Shown here: positions 27,140 through 43,088 of the stretch, in pieces | How the letters are laid out: each line of letters opens with the position of its first letter | How positions within the stretch are numbered: position 1 is the first letter of the stretch | Source: Chrysomallon squamiferum | Lineage: Eukaryota; Animalia; Mollusca | Length of the DNA: 64,000 nucleotides | Direction of reading: 5' to 3' | Assembly: GCA_012295275.1 (NCBI GenBank) | Contig: CM022669.1 | Location: 3,100,001-3,164,000, forward strand | Notes under the pieces: generated by a model | The model's database searches: none | Told to the model about the DNA's origin: nothing | The model's input: only the letters and a program-made list of their open reading frames with translations | Translations under genes and position numbers: made by a program

Positions 27140-28201
27140 TCCGGCAAATGTCCCCCCCCCAAAATTGCCCCGGACAACTGCCCCCATTTATTCTTCCAAT
27201 AATGATTTTTAAGCATAATGACAGATATATGCGTATAAGGACAAATTTTTTAATATTTAAAAAATTATAGATCACATATAAAATACAATTCAGAGTAGTC
27301 TGTCCATAGTTCTCTAGTAAAGCTTTGTATTTCAACAGTTCATTCACATGTACAGGTTGAACAATAACCAGGTATATTAAGGCACTTCTTACACGAGATC
27401 ATTCACACTTTTCAGTTTTCACACTTTTACGTTGTGCTCAGATAGTTCAGGACATGTCGGTTTTCACGCTGTCTGGCCAGTTTCAACAAACGCTGTGAAG
27501 CTTCTTGGTATTTTCGATGACGTGGCTGAGATGCTTTCCCCGCCAATCACCTGGTTTATTTGCAGTTCATTAGTGCTTGTCCACGCTTTAAAATGTCTAT
27601 ACACTTCCAGAAAGGCAGATGGTAGGCACCAATGTTTGACTGGAAGCAAAGGTGCAACCTTCCACGAAGTTGTCAGTCCGCACCAAATTACTCCAGTATT
27701 GGCGCCAGATGCATTGTCTCAGATGAAAGAAGCGTCCAGTCACAGTAAACTTTAGTTTTACAGACGTGTTGCCCGCTTCCTTCACGCTCGTAAGAAATCT
27801 ATCCACCCCCGAGTTCCTTCTGTCGGACATACACATAGTTTTCGAAGGCAAGTTTTGGATGACCATACTCTGAGTCAGTGATCTCCATCTTATAGAATAT
27901 AATATTTTTGCTACAAGGCATGACCTAATATACTGTGTCATTCATCTCAGTTACAGATCGCTTGCCAGATCAAAGGAAGTTTTAGCATTTAATTAGCCTG
28001 AATCAGTAATTAGCTGACTCTAGTTAGCTTTGACTAATTTATTGGAATTAGTCATCCAAATTCCTTTAATCAAATTTAATGTAACACACTTTGACCAGTT
28101 TATTGGAATGTTGCTTGAAAATCATTCTGTGTGGTGTATTTGAAGGTAAATGGGGGCATTTGTCCAAGGGGCAGTTGTCCGGGAGCAATTGTCCTGATAC
28201 C
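27140..28201 (-). mobile_element. Internally deleted Mutator-like (MULE) DNA transposon
   Basis: Inverted ends (cccggacaactgccccc at about 27168 and ggggcagttgtccggg at about 28168). The minus strand holds degenerate MEITDSEYGHPKLAFENYVYVRQK (FLYWCH-like) and RTDNFVEG...FQSNIGAYHLPFWKCIDILKR, with stops and frameshifts; the central DD region is missing. Confidence 0.8.
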
Positions 28202-29099
28202 CCCTTACTTCTATCTAACGCTGAAAATATATTCTTTCTTCAAAATACCCAGCTTTCTACCAACATTTTACTCTTTTTTTCTATCTGACACTTAACATTA
28301 TTGTTCACTGTTCACCACATTTATCTCCTTAACACATTCACATTAAAACCTTTGTGACCAGTTATCTCTAAAACACCAGTTATATATATATGCTGTTTCA
28401 TCAAAACTAACTTTCAAGTATACTAACACCTGTTCTAACTAACCCACAAACATACCAATATAAATATTCTCTTAGACGGATACCTCAGAATTCTAAATTA
28501 CCTGCCCAAGAGAGACATGCTTCAGTATTTAAACGTATATTTCAAATAGCTAATTAACAGACATGCAAGAAGATTCTGACATAACTTGATAATTAGATTC
28601 AGTCATACTTATACGATATGTATTTCAAAAATGCTGAAAAATAATAATAATAACAATAATAGTCAAAACTATAATAATATTTGTTCTTTTGATTACGATG
28701 GTAATAACGGATGAAGAAGTAGTAGAACTACTAGTGTGTTAATATAGTGGTAATAATAATTGTCATGGTGATTGTCGATCTCGTACTAAAAGTAATACTA
28801 GTTGTAGTTGTAGTAGTAGCAGTAGTAATAGTAGTAACAGTAGTATTTGTTGTAGTCGTAGTAGTAGTAGTAGTAGTTATTGTAATACTTATGATAGTGA
28901 TTATTACTGTTATATTGTAATATTAATAACAGTGTAGAATTAGAGAAGAGTAGAATTTGTAAATAATTTTCAGTTCTCTTTAAATGGAATTGCTAAAACT
29001 AATATAATGAATGTACAAAATAATGTTATTTATTTTAGTCTATCGATCATTAGATGGAGAACATAGATGAAAGACGAAAGCTGATCAAGCAAAAATGTT

Positions 29100-29220
<121 letters not shown>

Positions 29221-29252
29221 CTTAACTATTTATAAAATGTTTATTTTGGTAA

Positions 29253-29302
<50 letters not shown>

Positions 29303-29346
29303 TCTACATTTCTAGAAGTGGTAGACATATCATATTACTGTTAGTT

Positions 29347-29396
<50 letters not shown>

Positions 29397-29443
29397 CATA
29401 CACAAACATACACACGCACCCATACATACATACAGATATACAC

Positions 29444-29505
<62 letters not shown>

Positions 29506-31229
29506 TAAAAAAAAACAACGAAAATAAATTAAAATAATTATTATGAAATATATATATATATATAATGAAGAATCACGTTGTTAGGTAACCCGAACGTCAA
29601 AACAATTATGACTTCATAACAATGTAGTTGGGTTAACGAAATAGCCATTATAAGACTGACCGATTGTAATATATTGGACATTATTTTAGACAAGCATAAG
29701 TAATATACATACATACACTATATAAAATTATTGTCTGTTTTTAATATTAATTTTTATTTGGTTTATTTCATAGAGTTATTCATTTATCTACTGTCGAAAT
29801 TTAATTAATAGCTTTACATAATGGTTTCTAACTATTAATAAATAATAATAACTATAGATTAACATGCATGGATCCCAAAACATGAAACACAAAACATGGT
29901 GATGTTTTACCTAAATATTTAAACAGACAAATATTATTAGCATTCTCTAGGATTTAGCTGCCAAATATCGATAAACAGCAGAATTCCTAACATTGGAGTA
30001 ACTTTGTCCTACCTTGATAAATCCCTGTAGACGTTGAAAACTAAATATTTAGACATCATAAAGTTAAATATAATGCGTATCTTGGCGGATTCTAATAACG
30101 ATACATATTTAACATGTCCAAGGTTTATTGAGGGCCTCTACAAAAATATATTGATAGTTTATTTATATATGACAGGAATTCTGCTATGAAACTCAGTCAA
30201 ACGCTATACATGCTAAAGTTATATTTGAGTACATGAAAAGAAAAGAAAAAACGAAGAGAATAACAAATAATTTAAATAAGGAAAGAATTAATATTTGTTT
30301 AGCGATATCTGCACATATTTTCATTTTAACGATTATTACAGAAGGAAGGAAGAAATGTTTTATTTAAAGAAACACTCAACACATTTTCATTCGATTTAGT
30401 TGGCGTTATTCATATTAATGACCACATATAGGTAATGAGGTAATAAACTTAATCAGAGGCAGCAATAGGATGTTTTGTTTGTATGACGTCAGACAAGTTA
30501 TTTGATGACGCAGTCACGAGTAATTAACTCGAGAGGAAAACGGTCCAATACTAGTTATACACTGAGCTACAGATCTCTACTGATTGATGTGTAAAACGTG
30601 ACAGTGACGGTGTAACAATTACATTATTTGAAAGAGGAACTCGGGTGTCTCTGTTCTTAGTTAAATACCAAAATAACATTTACAAAGATTTTCTTAGAGA
30701 CAACACAGAGCAGAATATGACCTTTGGTATTCCAGTCTGACACTGGGTGAAAAGGATACGGCCTTTTCAGTGTAAAGAATTGATCACATGACCAATCACG
30801 GCTCCACAACACTTATCTATGATCTACTGAACTTCAGTACAAACGATGTGTCAATTTTTCAAAAAGACCATCTGACCAGTATTCAGAGTTGATTCGGCTG
30901 AAATCGTGATTATGACATGTACAAACCGCTATTGTTAAATATACAATGTAAATATACATTACACATTTATTGTTTTTTCTTGAAAATTATTAAAAACTAC
31001 ATAAAAAAAATAATAATAATAAAGAAAAAAATATTTTTTGTTGGAAACGCTATTTCAGATAAACAGTTATGACTTGTTTCGCATATCTATTAATTTGTCA
31101 CTACATAGATAAAACACAGCATGCTTCGTGGGTTTTTTGTTTCGTTTTCCTATTTCTTTTTTCACCCCAATAATATTTTGGGTATAATAGAAGTGATAGT
31201 AAATTCTTTTTTAAGTACATATGAATAGG

Positions 31230-31275
<46 letters not shown>

Positions 31276-31348
31276 AGGTGGATAGATGATTTTATATGTA
31301 TACATACATATGTACATATACATATGTGTGTATGTGTGTGTATGTATG

Positions 31349-31588
<240 letters not shown>

Positions 31589-33138
31589 CTTTTTTAGTAT
31601 CTTCCCGTATATATTACAGGATAAATAGTTAGAAATGTAAATGTAATTAATTTGTTTTACAAAACTAAATTTAAGCTGATATGATAAGAAGATAAATTCA
31701 GCAATAATAGCAATATCTATACAAATAAAAGATATCGAATGTTCGTTAGTCTGTTTTTCGCATAAATTCTGATAACATTGTTTTAAACTATGGTAGTGGT
31801 TGGATTATGATGTCGGCAATGACAGTCACTAAGGTGGCAACATCTGTATTAGCGGTGTACATTACCTGACCGCAACTTTCTAACGTTTTTGGTTAATCAT
31901 CTTCCACGAGCTTGCATAGTTTATGTTAAATTAATAACGTAACGTGATTGGTTACATGATGTCAGATGCATTTATCAGCTCTAATTATCCCATTCCAACC
32001 ACCGGCTTTTCAAAAGCCACGATATGTTTTTACTTATTAAAACTCTGTGCTAATAACTAACGTATAGACTATGGAATAACTGAACTATCAAACTAGGGAA
32101 AGTGTACGCATGTTGATCATGTTTGCATGTTGAATGATGCCCAGAGAGGTGATCCTCAAACCCATTTTGACCATTTCATTAACTCATTTTTCTTGTTCTG
32201 GTAGCTATCAAACTAGTCCATGTTGAATCAACGACGATTCAGTCTCAGTAGTAGAATCAACGATAGATGTTACGTGCCCTAAGACAATCGTAAAAAAGGT
32301 TTGAAAGGTTTGAGTAAAAAACTCCAAGTGTTACGGAGCAAATAATAAAAAATGTCGAGCCCCCCGTGACTTATATTCAGTAAAAGGATAGAATGGTTCT
32401 ATATAAGGAATTCTGAGTATCATTTGTAAATTCAATAGATATTCTTTTGACTAATTAAGACTGCTGCACCATAGAAGTGATGTCGATATAAAACTGGGAT
32501 TAGAAAGATAAAAAGGAAGGAAGAATTAAACACCAATTCAAAATAGCATATTCACTGTGTCAGTCAGTTATATTGTCCAGATCCTCATATAAGTTGAAAT
32601 TTTCCAACATATGATTCATCGTTTTTGATCGCAGCATATCTGACTGCGTCAACTCGGAAGTCAATTAAATGTCCATCCTCATCTCTGGCGCTATTCTGAA
32701 GTTGTGGTTTCTGGCTATTTAGAGAGAGATTAGTCGTGCTACAGTCAGGTCCTTGTGGCGGACGGTGCTTTTCTCTCTACCTCATATTCTATGTTTTCAT
32801 GTTCGGAATCTTCATTTACGGACTGGGCGGAGCACAGTTCTGTGCGGGTTCGGGCTGATTGTCAGATTGGGAAGCGTTGTTGCTGTCGTCACGATTATGA
32901 CGTCTAAAAGTTACATTTAAACACGATTTTACCTCACCCATTTCTATTCGGTTGACCTCCCACTTTCTTTACTATCACAAAATGCACGATGTCGACTGAG
33001 GAATCACTCAGCTGTGGCAAAATACGCTTCAAACAATCAGAGGCTGAGAAATGCCAGAGGTTCAATATACGAATACTTCTCCTATTAGTCAAAGAAATTA
33101 TTTTCCAAAAAGTAACAGATATAGGGATAAATCTTGTC

Positions 33139-33194
<56 letters not shown>

Positions 33195-34645
33195 GACACA
33201 GAGAAAGAAGACCATCATTAATTGCAAGCAGATATTATCGCTGAAGTTTATTATAATTAATTCGACGGGTTCTTCGAAAAGCATTTGCGAGTGCAGTTCA
33301 AAATTTAAATTTGTTTTGTTTAACGACACTAGTCAAACCACTTTGGTGAATTTCCTGTTCAGAAGCTGTTCGAAGACAAATATTTGATGAACCTGACATG
33401 AATCTGTCTGTTTTGGGGCATTTGTTGTTATTGTTTTTTGTCTTTTTCAGCAAAATGCTTTTGTTATGCATTTCCATAGAATAAAAAGATCTGAAAGCCA
33501 ATAAAACGGATCAGTTGAGATGAAAAATAGTTCAAAGTGAATACCAAGATAAAATTTTGCCAGAAAACTGCATCTCTTCACATGTCACAGTTTAATAAGG
33601 ATTATTAATTTATCGACCCACATATAATATGTTACTGTTGTTTTCCATTTGTAATTTTTATCCGTATATCTATGTTAATCATTGATCCTGTGTATAGTAG
33701 CATTTCTAGGTGCGAATATGTTCAAGTAGTTATAAATTATAACTGTTGTCAAATAATTAATACAGTAAGCAAAACACAGACCATTCTCAATAATCATCCT
33801 CGCTAATAATATTTCTTTATCTTGTCATCATCGTTTTCTTAATTCTGTTGTTGTTGTTGTTGTTATGTTGATCTTTCTTATTCACAAACTAACAGTAATA
33901 TGATATGTCTAATGAACATATATCTAATAAGGGCATAAGCAAATATTTTTAAAAGTCAGAACCTAAACAAACAGACAGGCAATAGTTTTAGAAAAGTTCT
34001 TTAGTGAGCGTTGTGGCCATATGTTCAGGTGAACATCAATGTCAGATATTTATTTATTTATTTATGTAAAATGTAAGAATTTTTTCTCTAAATATTCAAA
34101 TACAAATATTGTTATTTCATTATTAGATAACATTCTGTAGTCTTAGAGCTGAGAAACTAGTTTAGGTAATACTATAAGGTTATATTTTCTGGCAGTGAAA
34201 CAATAATCAAGGAGGTATGAACTCACACTGTTACTTTTTTTTGGATATTTTTTCTGTTTTTGGTATCTGTATAGTAGAGTGAATTTAAGCACATTTTAGA
34301 TATCACGTTGATTGTAAAATATTAGTGACATTGAAAAGTTCTCTCTGTTTTCTTCATTATTTATTTATTTATTTATTTTTTTTATTTTAAAATACAGGAA
34401 GTGTAGATACATTTGGTTCTAATAATTAAAAAAAAAAAAAAAAAAAAAACACATTAGTACGTAATATAATTATTATTTCCAAATTTTATATCTTGTTTCA
34501 TGTTTCAAATACGTATAACATAGTACTGAAAGACCTTCACTGATATTAAACATAAAACCATGGTTAAATGTACTTTTAAAAGCAGTTGTGCAGGTTACCA
34601 GTTTATTTCTATGTAAATAAATTTCACTAATCCAACGATCCAAAA

Positions 34646-34710
34646 TTAGACTCGTGTTGTGGAGGTCTCAGTAGACGTTTTTTTCTCTCTGACTGACCAG
34701 TGACATGCAC
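34646..34710 (-). CDS. Candidate terminal coding exon (xACHWSVREKKTSTETSTTRV*), copy 2
   Basis: Same 65-nt exon with acceptor atgtgcAG|; identical peptide despite three nucleotide differences. Upstream exons not identified. Confidence 0.5.
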
Positions 34711-36930
34711 CTGCACATATACACCAAACACATCAACCTACATATACACCAAACACATCAACCTACATATACACCAAACACATACACCTACATATACACC
34801 AAACACATACACATATACACCAAACACATACCAAACACATACACATACATATACACACAAACACATACACATACATATATATACACAAACACAAACACAT
34901 ACACATACATATACACCAAACACATACACATACATATACATATACACACAAACACATCCATATACATACACCAAACACATTCACATACATATACACCAAA
35001 CACATTCACCTACATATACACCAAACACATTCACCTACATATACACCAAACACATCCACCTACATATACACCAAACACATCAACCTACATATACACCAAA
35101 CACATCACCTACATATACACCAAACACATCCACCTACATATATACACCAAACATTCACATACATATACACCAAAATACACAAACACATTCACATACATAT
35201 ACACCAAACACATTCACACATATACATATACACCAAACACATTCACATACATATACACCAAACACATTCACACATACATATACACCAAACACATTCACAC
35301 ATACATATACACCAAACACATTCACATACATACACATTCACATACATATACACCAAACACATTCACCTACATATACACCAAACACATTCACATACATATA
35401 CACCAAACACATCCACCTACATATACACCAAACACATTCACATACATATACACCAAACACATCCACCTACATATACACCAAACACATTCACCTACATATA
35501 CACCAAACACATCAACCCACATATACACCAAACACATTCACCTACATATACACCAAAACACATTCACATACATACATATACACCAAACACATTCACCTAC
35601 ATATACACCAAACACATCCACCTACATATACACCAAACACATTCACCTACATATACACCAAACAAAACACATTCACATACATATACACCAAACACATTCA
35701 CATACATATACACAAACACATTCACCTACATATACACCAAACACATTCACATACATATACACCAAACACATTCACATACATATACACCAAACACATTCAC
35801 CTACATATACACCAAACACATACATATACACCAAACACATCCACCTACATATACACCAAACACATCACATACATATACACCAAACACATTCACCTACACA
35901 ACATACACCAAACACATTTCACATACATATACACCAAACACATACACACAAAACACATTCACCTACATATACACCAAACACATACCATATACACCAAACA
36001 CATCCACCTACATATACACCAAACACATTCACATACATATACACCAAACACATTCACATACATATACACCAAACACATTCACATACATATACACCAAACA
36101 CATTCACCTACATATACACCAAACACATTCACATACATATACACCAAACACATCCACCTACATATACACCAAACACATTCACCTACATATACACCAAACA
36201 CATCTACCTACATATACACCAAACACATTCACATACATATACACCAAACACATCCACCTATATATACACACATATACACACATATACACCAAACACATTC
36301 ACCTACATATACACCAAACACATTCACATACATATACACCAAACACATTCACATACATATACACCAAACACATCCACATATACACCTACACCTACATATA
36401 CACCAAACACATTCACATTCACCTACATATACACCAAACACATCCACCTCCATATATACACAAACACATCCACCTCCATATACACCAAACACATCAACCT
36501 ACATATACACCAAACACATCCACATACATATACATATACAAAACACATTCACCTACATATACATATACCAAACACATCCACCTCCATATACACCAAACAC
36601 ATCAACCTACATATACACCAAACACATTCACATACATATACACCAAACACATCAACCTACATATACACCAAACACATTCACATACATATACACCAAACAC
36701 ATTCACATACATATACACCAAACACATTCACATACATATACACCAAACACATTCACCTACATATACACCAAACACATCAACCTACATATACACCAAACAC
36801 ATCCACCTACATATACACCAAACACATTCACCTACATATACACCAAACACATCCACCTACATATACACCAAACACATCCACCTACATATACACCAAACAC
36901 ATCAACCTACATATACACCAAACACATTCC
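34703..36930. repeat. 25-bp minisatellite array, second copy, about 2.2 kb
   Basis: Same unit as 7291-9245. Confidence 0.98.
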
Positions 36931-39840
36931 CCTAAACACTCCCACCCACATACACACACGCGCACTCACACACACACACACAAACCCACACACACACACA
37001 TTTAGTAAATAAAAACTCAAACGTACCAGTATAAATTAAATGATAATAAACAAGAAGGATTAATAAGCTAATTTAAAATTATTAAAATATGTGAATATTT
37101 TATTGAACAGAACGTAATGGTACTAAGTAGACACATTGAAATAATGTCAGTCAGATTAATAATGACTAAGTTGTCTCTGAGAAACATTTTTCTTTTTCTT
37201 TTTAGATAATCTAATATTTCATGAGTCGTTATTGTTTGTTGTTGAAAACTTCTGAAGAAAGAATACAACCAGCTGGTGACGATTCAGTGCAGTATGTTTG
37301 TTTATTAACTAATTTCTTTTAAGTGTAGATGCTTGTTCATTTAGACGAAGATAGGACAAACTTAAGTATTTTTTTGTGGGAAGTGGAGCAACACAACTTG
37401 TTACTATAAGAGTGGAATATACATTTGTATTACATCAAACCAGTCTGGAAATAGTGGCAGTCCTCTTACTGACTGAGCAGAAAAGAAATGCTGTCATTGG
37501 TTTATTTTTTCCTTTTTGTTTTCTTTTTGTCTTTGCGTGTGTGTATTTTAGATGGATTTAAATTAACTTTCTATATGTTCTGTTCTGCCTTATAATAATT
37601 AAATATATTTTTACTTAAGCTAAAGAGCAGAAAAACCTCTGTAACTTCATCATTGTCTAGTTATATTTTAATTTGTATTTAGAATGAAGAGTAACTTTTA
37701 GATATAAAAGGAAAATAAAAACATTTTCAAGTAAATTGTTACTAAAGATAAGCTGTTTCAATCCACATAGATTAGTTAAACAAGAACAATGTATATAAAA
37801 ATAACTGTCTTGCACTAATATAGGATAGCTCTGAAATGTTTCCGAATATATCGAAATTTTAGCACGTGTCTTATAAAACATACAATAAAGACAGCATTGT
37901 CTAAATTAAAGATTTGGTTAGGAAGATTATAACGAATTATTTATGAAAAAATATTAATTTGATCCATTAATTATATATATTTATATGTAAATGAAAAATT
38001 ATATATTCTTTCAGATAAAAATATATTGCACGTCCATAATCAGAACTAGTTATGTAATTTTAAGAAGAGTAAAACTGTTGTAAATGGACAGTCAGTTCAG
38101 ATGAGTACTCTGTGAAAGCTACAACAGACCATTTCTCACCAGTTTAAGGATACGACACATTTGTACTGACCCACTGATAAGTTCTAAACGGCTCAGGAAA
38201 CAATCTCAATCTTTAACACAGTGTAAATCTGTTTAGTTCTACACACAGCCAAACGTCTTCCAGTCATTTTATTTACTAGTCGATTTTAACCTGGTTGAAA
38301 CAAGCTTGTTTTTTACATAAATATTTTCAAAATTGTTTTGCTTCAGTAAACATGTAAAACACAACTCGCATCAGCCTTTTAAAATCAACCATACATTCCG
38401 AGAATTATTAAAATAAAATATTTACTCGGTCAGTGATTTAGAACAGACATGGTGAACCTTTCATGAAAAACGGACTGCATGAACTATGACTCATCATCAG
38501 GCTCGCTGCAGCACTAACAAACTTTATCTCGTGAAACTATGCGTTGTCCTGTTAAAAACTGTCCGTGACTGATTTAGAATATCTAAATAAAACTGTCATC
38601 AACACAGTTATTACTAGAGCTGAGTTAAGACATATATCTAACAACAGCGAACGTCTGTCTTGAAATTCCAAGGAAAGATGACTGATTAAATGTATTTATT
38701 AATATCTGTTACTACGAATGGAGGTCAGTGATGTTATTTATTGTATTATTGTAATAATATAAGAGAAAGGATGCCTTTTGCGATAACTCGGGCTACTTTA
38801 CTGATTAGCAACAACAAATATTTCGTACAATACTTTCCGCAATCACAGGAACTCGCACACTCTTACCTGGGACAATAGACGTGCGTCGTGGATAAGACAA
38901 TTCCGTGCAACCATTGATTCTCAACGAATATCAAAACAGAAATACCAAATTCAGTTCTAATTTCTGTCGATCTGAAGCATTTTGACTGTGTACGTTTAAT
39001 TAATTATAATTATAGAGTTATGCCCTGTGTGTGTGTGTGCGCGCGCTACATAAATTGGACATAAAATAATTTAGAGAATAAACAAAATGTATGACTGTTT
39101 GAGACCAGTAATAGACGTACTGTATGTGTTTGTCTTGTTTAATTTATTAACTGGTAACATTATCGTTTGACTGAATCTGTAATATCATATACGATAACTC
39201 TGAGTTTCTATTCATTCCGTTTAATAAACATATAGAGGTTACGTGCCTTAACCAAAGAATGACACTGACAAACTAATGAGATAAGTTATTTCAAACAACA
39301 AATATCTCTATACTGATATTGATCAGAAGACCGATGTCATCAGTGTAACAGACTAGATTAATGAAATAAATAGATCCAAAATATTATTTATAACTCGTAG
39401 ATCATTATAAATATTCTTACTTATTCACAACATCTCTGAATTAAGACCACGAACAAATATATTAGAGAGCCAAGTCCATCAGCCAATGTTATCTCATCCG
39501 CTACGTACATACATAGCTAGCCAAGACGTTGTGAGAAGCAAATAAAAGAAAGAAGGCATTATAGACATTTCCTGAATAAAGGAAGCAGTCTCCTTGCTTT
39601 TTCTAAACTATTCAGGTTTGTAAGCGAAGTGCTAGGGAAACGGTAATGTTAATCTTAGATTAAACTGTTTTACAGATAGGTGAACGTATTAACCTGACTG
39701 GACGCTTACACTGGCGTATTACCAGTCACATTTACAAAAAAAATAGTCTTTGCTACAATCAACCACAACAGACAGTGAAGTGTTAACAAATGAGTTCTAA
39801 TAAATGTAATTATTATACTAATACTATATGTGTCACACCG

Positions 39841-39897
<57 letters not shown>

Positions 39898-42170
39898 TAT
39901 TCTTCAATTTTCTACCTATAAATATTATTTTCTGCTGTTCGTGTTTTCAGGTTTGTTTAACTACTGTATAAGCTTCGATATATTTGTATATCGAGGAATT
40001 ATTTTCATATTAATGTAAACAGAATATACATAGTTCAGCAGTGCAAAAATCGTTTTAGTAAAATTAGCCATGGAATAAAAGCAAACAAGAACAGATGTAT
40101 GTGTGAAACACACACACATATATAGATAAATAAATGAGCTCATACACACAAACATGTTCTTCAAAATATAGATTCCTACCGTTCATACATAAGGAATTGA
40201 AAAGTAAGGAAATAATACTACAGATAAAACTGTATGGAAGAAATGTGGCAAATAAACGTGATGGAAATGATATGACATGCATAATGTATGTGGAAATAAT
40301 ACAATAAGCAACACATTTCTTATGACACGTTAGCAAATAATGACTGAGAATAATGCCATACATAATACTTAATTAATGTGAGTTAAATACAGATTAATAC
40401 AAATGGTATAATACGATATTGGAGTGATAATATAGGCAGTACGTATAGGTGATATATACTTATAGGTAATACATATATGGGAAAAGTTGGGTAGGTAATA
40501 CGAATGGAACTGATATGATGGTATCAAATGGCATATGGCAAAGAATAGGAGTTATGTAGTAGATAATAAGTATGGTTGTGATACAAAAAATAATTTGTAA
40601 TATGTAATAGATACAAACTGCGACACGATAGGTAATATGTTTGGTATGATATGACAGGTAATGTGTATGGTATGAAAAGATATATAATACGTGTATTACC
40701 TTTAGAACCACTATCATATGTAGTACCTGTTCATATATATTAACTATAAATATGTGCATGTGTGTGTGATATAACATAAAACGTACGATGTAAATGTAAT
40801 AGATAATATCCATATGTGTGATATGATAAATAATATTATGAAAATATGTGTGGTTTAATAATCACAAATAATGTGTAATATGTTTGTGAAAGGTAACCTA
40901 TGTGTATGACAATTAATATGTTTGTGAAAGGTAATATGTATGTGTGTTATGATAGATAACAAATATGAAGTGATGTGATACATAATATATGTATGGTGTG
41001 ATATGATAGATAATGTGTTTGTGTTGATATGATAGATAATGTGTATGTATGTGATATTATAGATAATATGTATGGGCGTGATATGACAGATAATGTGTAT
41101 GTGTGATGTAATAGATAATACGTATATGTTTGACATGATAGTAATATGCATGTTGTGATAAGATAAATAACATATTATAGTGTAATATGATAGATAATAT
41201 TTATGTGTGTCATATAATATGATAAATATTATGTACGTGTGATATAGAAAATGCGTATGTGTGACATGCTAGATTAAAATGTATATATGTGATAGATAAA
41301 ATGTATATGTGTGATGTGATAGATAAAATGTATGTATATGATACGGTAGATAAATAACATATATTTTGTAATATGATAAATAATATGTATGTGTGATATA
41401 ATGGGTAATATGTATGTGTGATTTGATAGATAATACGCATATGTATGATATGACTGATTATATATATGGTGTGATATAAAACATAATGTGTACGGTGTAA
41501 TATGATAGATAATATGCATGTGTGTGTGATGTGATAGATAATATGTATGACGGATATGATGCATAATGTATAGGTGTGATATAACAGGTAGTATATGTGG
41601 TGTGATACAACAGATACTATGTATGGAGTAATTTAAATTATTATCTTATGATATGAATGGTAATATGTATGGTATAATATGATATCTAATATATGCATAG
41701 TATGATATCATAGGCAATATGTCTGTTGTGATATGTTTAATAATGTATGAGTATGATTATATAATATCAAAGGTTGATACGTCAGATGAATATGTATAGC
41801 AATCTTGCAATTACAAAAGGTACAGGAGTAATATGTTATATACATATATAAGCAGTGAAACAATAATAATACGATAAGTAATCTGCTTTTCAACACTACA
41901 CTAGGAAAGTAAAATGTAATACTACAGGTAAAAGCACGTAAATGATACGTATTATGTGATGTAATAAATAATATATATGGCAAGATATGACACATAATAC
42001 GTATTGTGTGTTATGAAAGATATGTATGATGTGATATGATAGAAAATATGTATGGTTTAATATGATAGATAACGTGTATCATATATGTATGGCGTGACAA
42101 AATAGATAATATGTATATGTGTGATATAATATATAATGCCTATGAGTGTGTATATTACATATAATGCATA

Positions 42171-43081
42171 TGTCCCCGGACAACTGCCACCCCCATTTTT
42201 CTTCCAATATACCATTCAGAATGATTTTCAAGCAACATTCCAGTAAATTAGTCAAAGTGTTACATTAAAACTGATTAAAGGCATTTGGATTACTAATTCC
42301 AATAAATTAGTCAAAGCTAACTAGTCAACTAATTACTAATTAAACTTGATCAAAGCATTTTTATTACTTTGATCTGCTAAAACCTCTGCTAAAACTTCTG
42401 CTAAAACATCTTTAAAAAATCATCTAACATCAAAGCTAACTAGAGTCAGCTAATTACTAATTCAGGCTAAATAAATGCTAAAACTTCCTTTGTTTTGGCA
42501 AGTGATCTATAATTGACATGAATGACACAGTATATTAGGTCATGCCTTGTAGCAAAAATATTATATTCTATAAGATGGAGTTCACTGACTCAGAGTGTGG
42601 TGATCCAAAACTTGCCTTCGAAAACTATGTGTATGTCCGACAGAAGGGACTGAGGAGTGGAGTGATTTCTTACGAGTGTGAAGGAAGAGGGCAACACGTC
42701 TGTAAAACTAAACTGAACTGTGACTGGTTGCTTCTTTCATCTGGCGCCAAGTTCAACTCATTAGTCTGGCAGTTCGTTACAATACTGATGAAGAAGACTA
42801 CAGTGTGAAAACTGAAACGTGTCAATGAACTCTTGCAAAAGGTACCTTAGTATACATGGTTATAGTTGTACTTGTACATGTGAATGAACTGTTGCTGTAC
42901 AAAGCTTTACTAGAGAACTATGGCCAGACTACTCTGAATTTCATTTTATATGTGGTCTATTATTTTTTGAAGTATTAAAAAACTTGTCCTTTTACTTGCA
43001 TATATGTCGTTATGCTTGAAAATCATGATTGGAATAAAAAAATAGGGGTGGGAGTTGTCCAGAGGCAACTGTCCTAGAATC
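42171..43081 (+). mobile_element. Internally deleted Mutator-like (MULE) DNA transposon, opposite orientation
   Basis: Reverse-complement homolog of 27140-28201. Inverted ends ggacaactgccaccccc...ttccaat and attggaa...ggggtgggagttgtcc. ORF 42542-42808 contains MEFTDSECGDPKLAFENYVYVRQKGLRSGVISYECEGRGQHVCKTKL (FLYWCH-like). Larger internal deletion than the other copies. Confidence 0.8.
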
Positions 43082-43088
43082 ATAGATA

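Noticed and set aside
34700-37012. 770-aa and 766-aa ORFs
   Set aside because: Same satellite artefact.
37027-37251. Exon-like segment with acceptor and donor upstream of the second satellite
   Set aside because: Very AT-rich, the open frame stops before the donor, and there is no recognisable homology.
40064-41995. Cluster of I/Y/H-rich minus-strand ORFs
   Set aside because: Derived from the degenerate AT-rich tandem array.
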